From Balanoglossus misakiensis (lineage: Eukaryota; Animalia; Hemichordata): DNA of 64,000 nucleotides. The translations under genes were made by a program, and so were the position numbers. The DNA lies in contig CM082576.2 of assembly GCA_040954595.2 (NCBI GenBank), positions 14,263,129 through 14,327,128 on the forward strand. Direction: 5' to 3'. Below, one piece after another: positions 61,103 through 64,000 of the stretch; within the stretch, counting starts at the first letter, position 1; the number at the start of each line of letters is the position of its first letter. The notes under the pieces are model-generated. The model ran no database searches. It had not been told where the DNA came from and was given only the letters and a program-made list of their open reading frames with translations.

Positions 61103-64000
61103 TTAACCAGTTCATCAGCAGGCGTGAGTTTCAAATGTTTGTGAACTGTGACAATGAGAAATAATTACATCTGATATGTATTTTCAAATTCAGAGTCTGT
61201 CGTTTTACACACACAGATAGTGTAATTTTTGCGCCTGTGTTGTGAAGGCAAGGAAGAATTACCTACAGACAATTGCATGTGTGTCCATGTTGGAATATTT
61301 GTCTTCGTTTTATTATACATGAAAGTCAGTGTACACGATGAGAGTATTGAAAGCGTTTATGTGGAGAATAAGCACTGAATGACTAGGTATATTATATTTA
61401 TATTAGCTTGAAGCTTTCTGTTTAGGAGATTAAAAATACATCAAATCTTGTCTGCAAACTTTTGCCATCAAATAAAATCCCTTGCAATAAAATTTCTACC
61501 TTGATGTAAAGCAATCACTTACCGTAGAACTTACAAAACAGTCAACTAACCTTGAATCATCATGCGACAAGATGTTTTTACTTTTTCAAATAGTTTGAAA
61601 TATAAGACTTGCAAAAATCAGACATGAATTAGAAACTGGGGCAAAGTTCAAAAACTGGCAGAATGAAACTGTACAGTCAGTAATGAACAAATATGCTGTT
61701 CAGATAAGGAGATCCATTTTGAAATCGTTTATATTTTTACAGGTGTCTGTAAGTGTACATTTTGCCAGGCTTTTCGTTGTGATTACTGTACTCCAATAGC
61801 ATGTGTCTATGTCCTTCCAAAAATTGTAGAATTGCTGTGTGTAGTGCAACCACATTTAATGTATTGTCACATCTGGTAGACATGCACTGAAGTCTGTCAT
61901 GTAGCGATTTTTAGCTGAGAGAGACAATTGTGATAGTTATAATAATGTAGCTGCAATTATTGCTGAATAAAATTACATTTTCTTATATCTGATTGGGTTC
62001 GTAATGTTATTTGTAGTCCCCGCAGTCTCTTGGGGGAATTTATAGATTTGATTTTTTCTGTTATCAACCATCCATCCATCGGGTTGTCTCTCAGTCAGAC
62101 TCTCTCACGTACACCTCCAAGTTTTCTACACTGCCTGGTCTTGATCTCTTTTGTATGATGATGTGATATAAACACGTGTATCTAGCTACACAAAGCTAGG
62201 CGTGGTCTGTGCTAGCGGGGGAATTCATTTTCGACTGTCAACAACTTTGAAACTTTGAGAAGAGTATCACTTTTAACACAACCCTGATCAAAATCCAAAT
62301 ATACATGACTGGGCGAATGTGTCCGATTCACACTTCTGATGCAAACTGTAGTGTACTTATTTAGACAGATGACACTAATCAGGAGAGTTAAGTTTCAGAA
62401 AAAGAGTGTTTATAGGCCAAACCATTTTTGACGGAGGAGAATGCAAAATACATCTTCGCGATGACCAGTAGCTGTACGTCGTGGTCGTTGAGGGCGTGCA
62501 ACTTCGCAGATACGCAGCATGGGCAAACCTGGAACTGGTACTGGTGACAGAGAAATATTTGCCTCAAGGAAGGTTTACAAATATTTGACACCCGGATAGG
62601 CCACATTTGCACTAAAATACATTAAACGAGTCGACTTTTCAATCGGGGAAAAAACATAAGTTGATGACTCCATGTTGTTTTGAGAAAGCAGCGCAAACAT
62701 TTTCACATATTAAAGATGGTATTTTTGGCAATCTGATTAAAATCGGATGTAGAGGGCTCTATCTGTACTTTCGATGGTTGTGTTGCGTTGTGTTTTGTTG
62801 TGGTGTGGTCTTTTCTGTTCTCGGATGTCCCCCACACTACATTTGGTGTTAATCAGATTGATATTTTGATGCATGGATGACATTTGTTGAGCAGCTATAC
62901 AAAGAACAATACCGAGATCGACATGACATTGTGGTCATTTGCCCGGTATTGAGTTGAAACAAAACTTCCAAATGTAAGCTTTAAGGTAGATTAATAAATT
63001 TATTTTAATGGACAGGTATAGATAGTAGTGAAATGATATACTTAGTTCTATACTTTTACAGTAAATAGTTTATTGATTTTTCAAGGCCATCACATAAGTG
63101 CCAATAATCAGAACATCGCGATATGAACACCACAACTCTAGATGATTCGTGGTATTGGAAAATGGGCAGTACCTCAGAACCCTGTTACTAGTAACCGTGC
63201 TCAGAATGAAAAACAACAGCTATGACGGGGTGAAGCATCGGTAAACGCCTTGCGCAGGTACGTGTGCGTAATGCAAAATCGACTACCGCGGTGTTTGGAA
63301 TGAAACTGCCGGGTCACGCAGAGCCACGGCGCGATCGAATGGCGTTTATTTTTCTCATATTGGACACAAAGAGGGGAATTAAAAGGTGGTCGTCCTAGAC
63401 ACCAGTCAGACTCAGCTCGTCTGGAAACTTGGATACACGCGATTGGTTGCCTTGTGTTTTCTATTACATAAGGTATAAATCCCGTCGTTCTTCATGCCTA
63501 CCTTCCCAAATGGCATGTAATCTATCGAAACACAATCTAATATGAGGATGTGTTCTCATTGTTACACCGTCTGCTTTCACTATGGTTTGTGAAGCGCAAC
63601 AAAAAAACAACCAACAAAAGCACTGATACTCGTAAGAGTAGACAAAGATATATGATTACAAAAGGTCTGTTGTTTAATCCAAGTTGTTGATGTCTGAAAC
63701 CATCTTTATTGAAGACTTTCTCCAGGGGTGCAGTGTCTCACATAGAATATCGGCTTGGGGCGATGACCATCGTGAGCCTGTTTTGCTATTCTGACCATAT
63801 CGTGAAGTTGAAATGGCCTAATCTCAAACTAAGATCTTTAAGTGTCTCTAGTGATGATACCATGTCAATTTACAGAATATTTTCTGGGGTAATTTAAGAT
63901 AGCAAATTTATATGCATGGTGATCACGTACCTCATTGCACGTATGTGTGCATATTTCCATGATTTTAATTCAAAGGAATAGAATCTCATGCACAAATGCT

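Noticed and set aside
61743-61800. Acceptor-like tttttacag followed by the hydrophobic peptide VSVSVHFARLFVVITVLQ*
   Set aside because: Lacks the TSW/FW pattern of the TMEM179B terminal exons and is very short; likely 3' UTR
62388-62612. GC-richer block with a 74-aa minus-strand ORF and a possible acceptor
   Set aside because: No recognisable protein in any frame; may belong to a gene outside the window but unsupported here

Overview
Eukaryotic (animal, intron-containing, AT-rich) genomic DNA; the species cannot be determined from sequence alone. The left two-thirds (1-42.4 kb) is a transposon-rich cluster of four paralogous + strand C2H2 zinc-finger genes (13, 14, 12 and 12 fingers). Their ORFs consist only of 84-bp finger repeats, with no effector domain visible. 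The cluster grew by ~8.4-kb tandem duplications that also copied the last exon of the neighbouring, convergent gene. That neighbour is a complete 10-exon M14A metallocarboxypeptidase (CPA-like, 422 aa, minus strand, 49104-42397), which I reconstructed exon by exon. Divergent from it is a TMEM179B-like four-pass membrane protein gene (+ strand, from 51553) with two intact homologous terminal coding exons and probably a decayed third. Many non-autonomous DNA transposons can be defined from TIRs and TSDs, several with the empty site visible in a paralogous copy inside the window. The most notable signals are (i) minisatellite-like finger turnover between near-identical ZNF copies, (ii) duplicated alternative last exons of TMEM179B, and (iii) a family of TAG...CTA foldback elements with 9-10 bp TSDs. 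Family names for transposons are inferred from end and TSD signatures only; coordinates were read by eye and may be off by a few bases.
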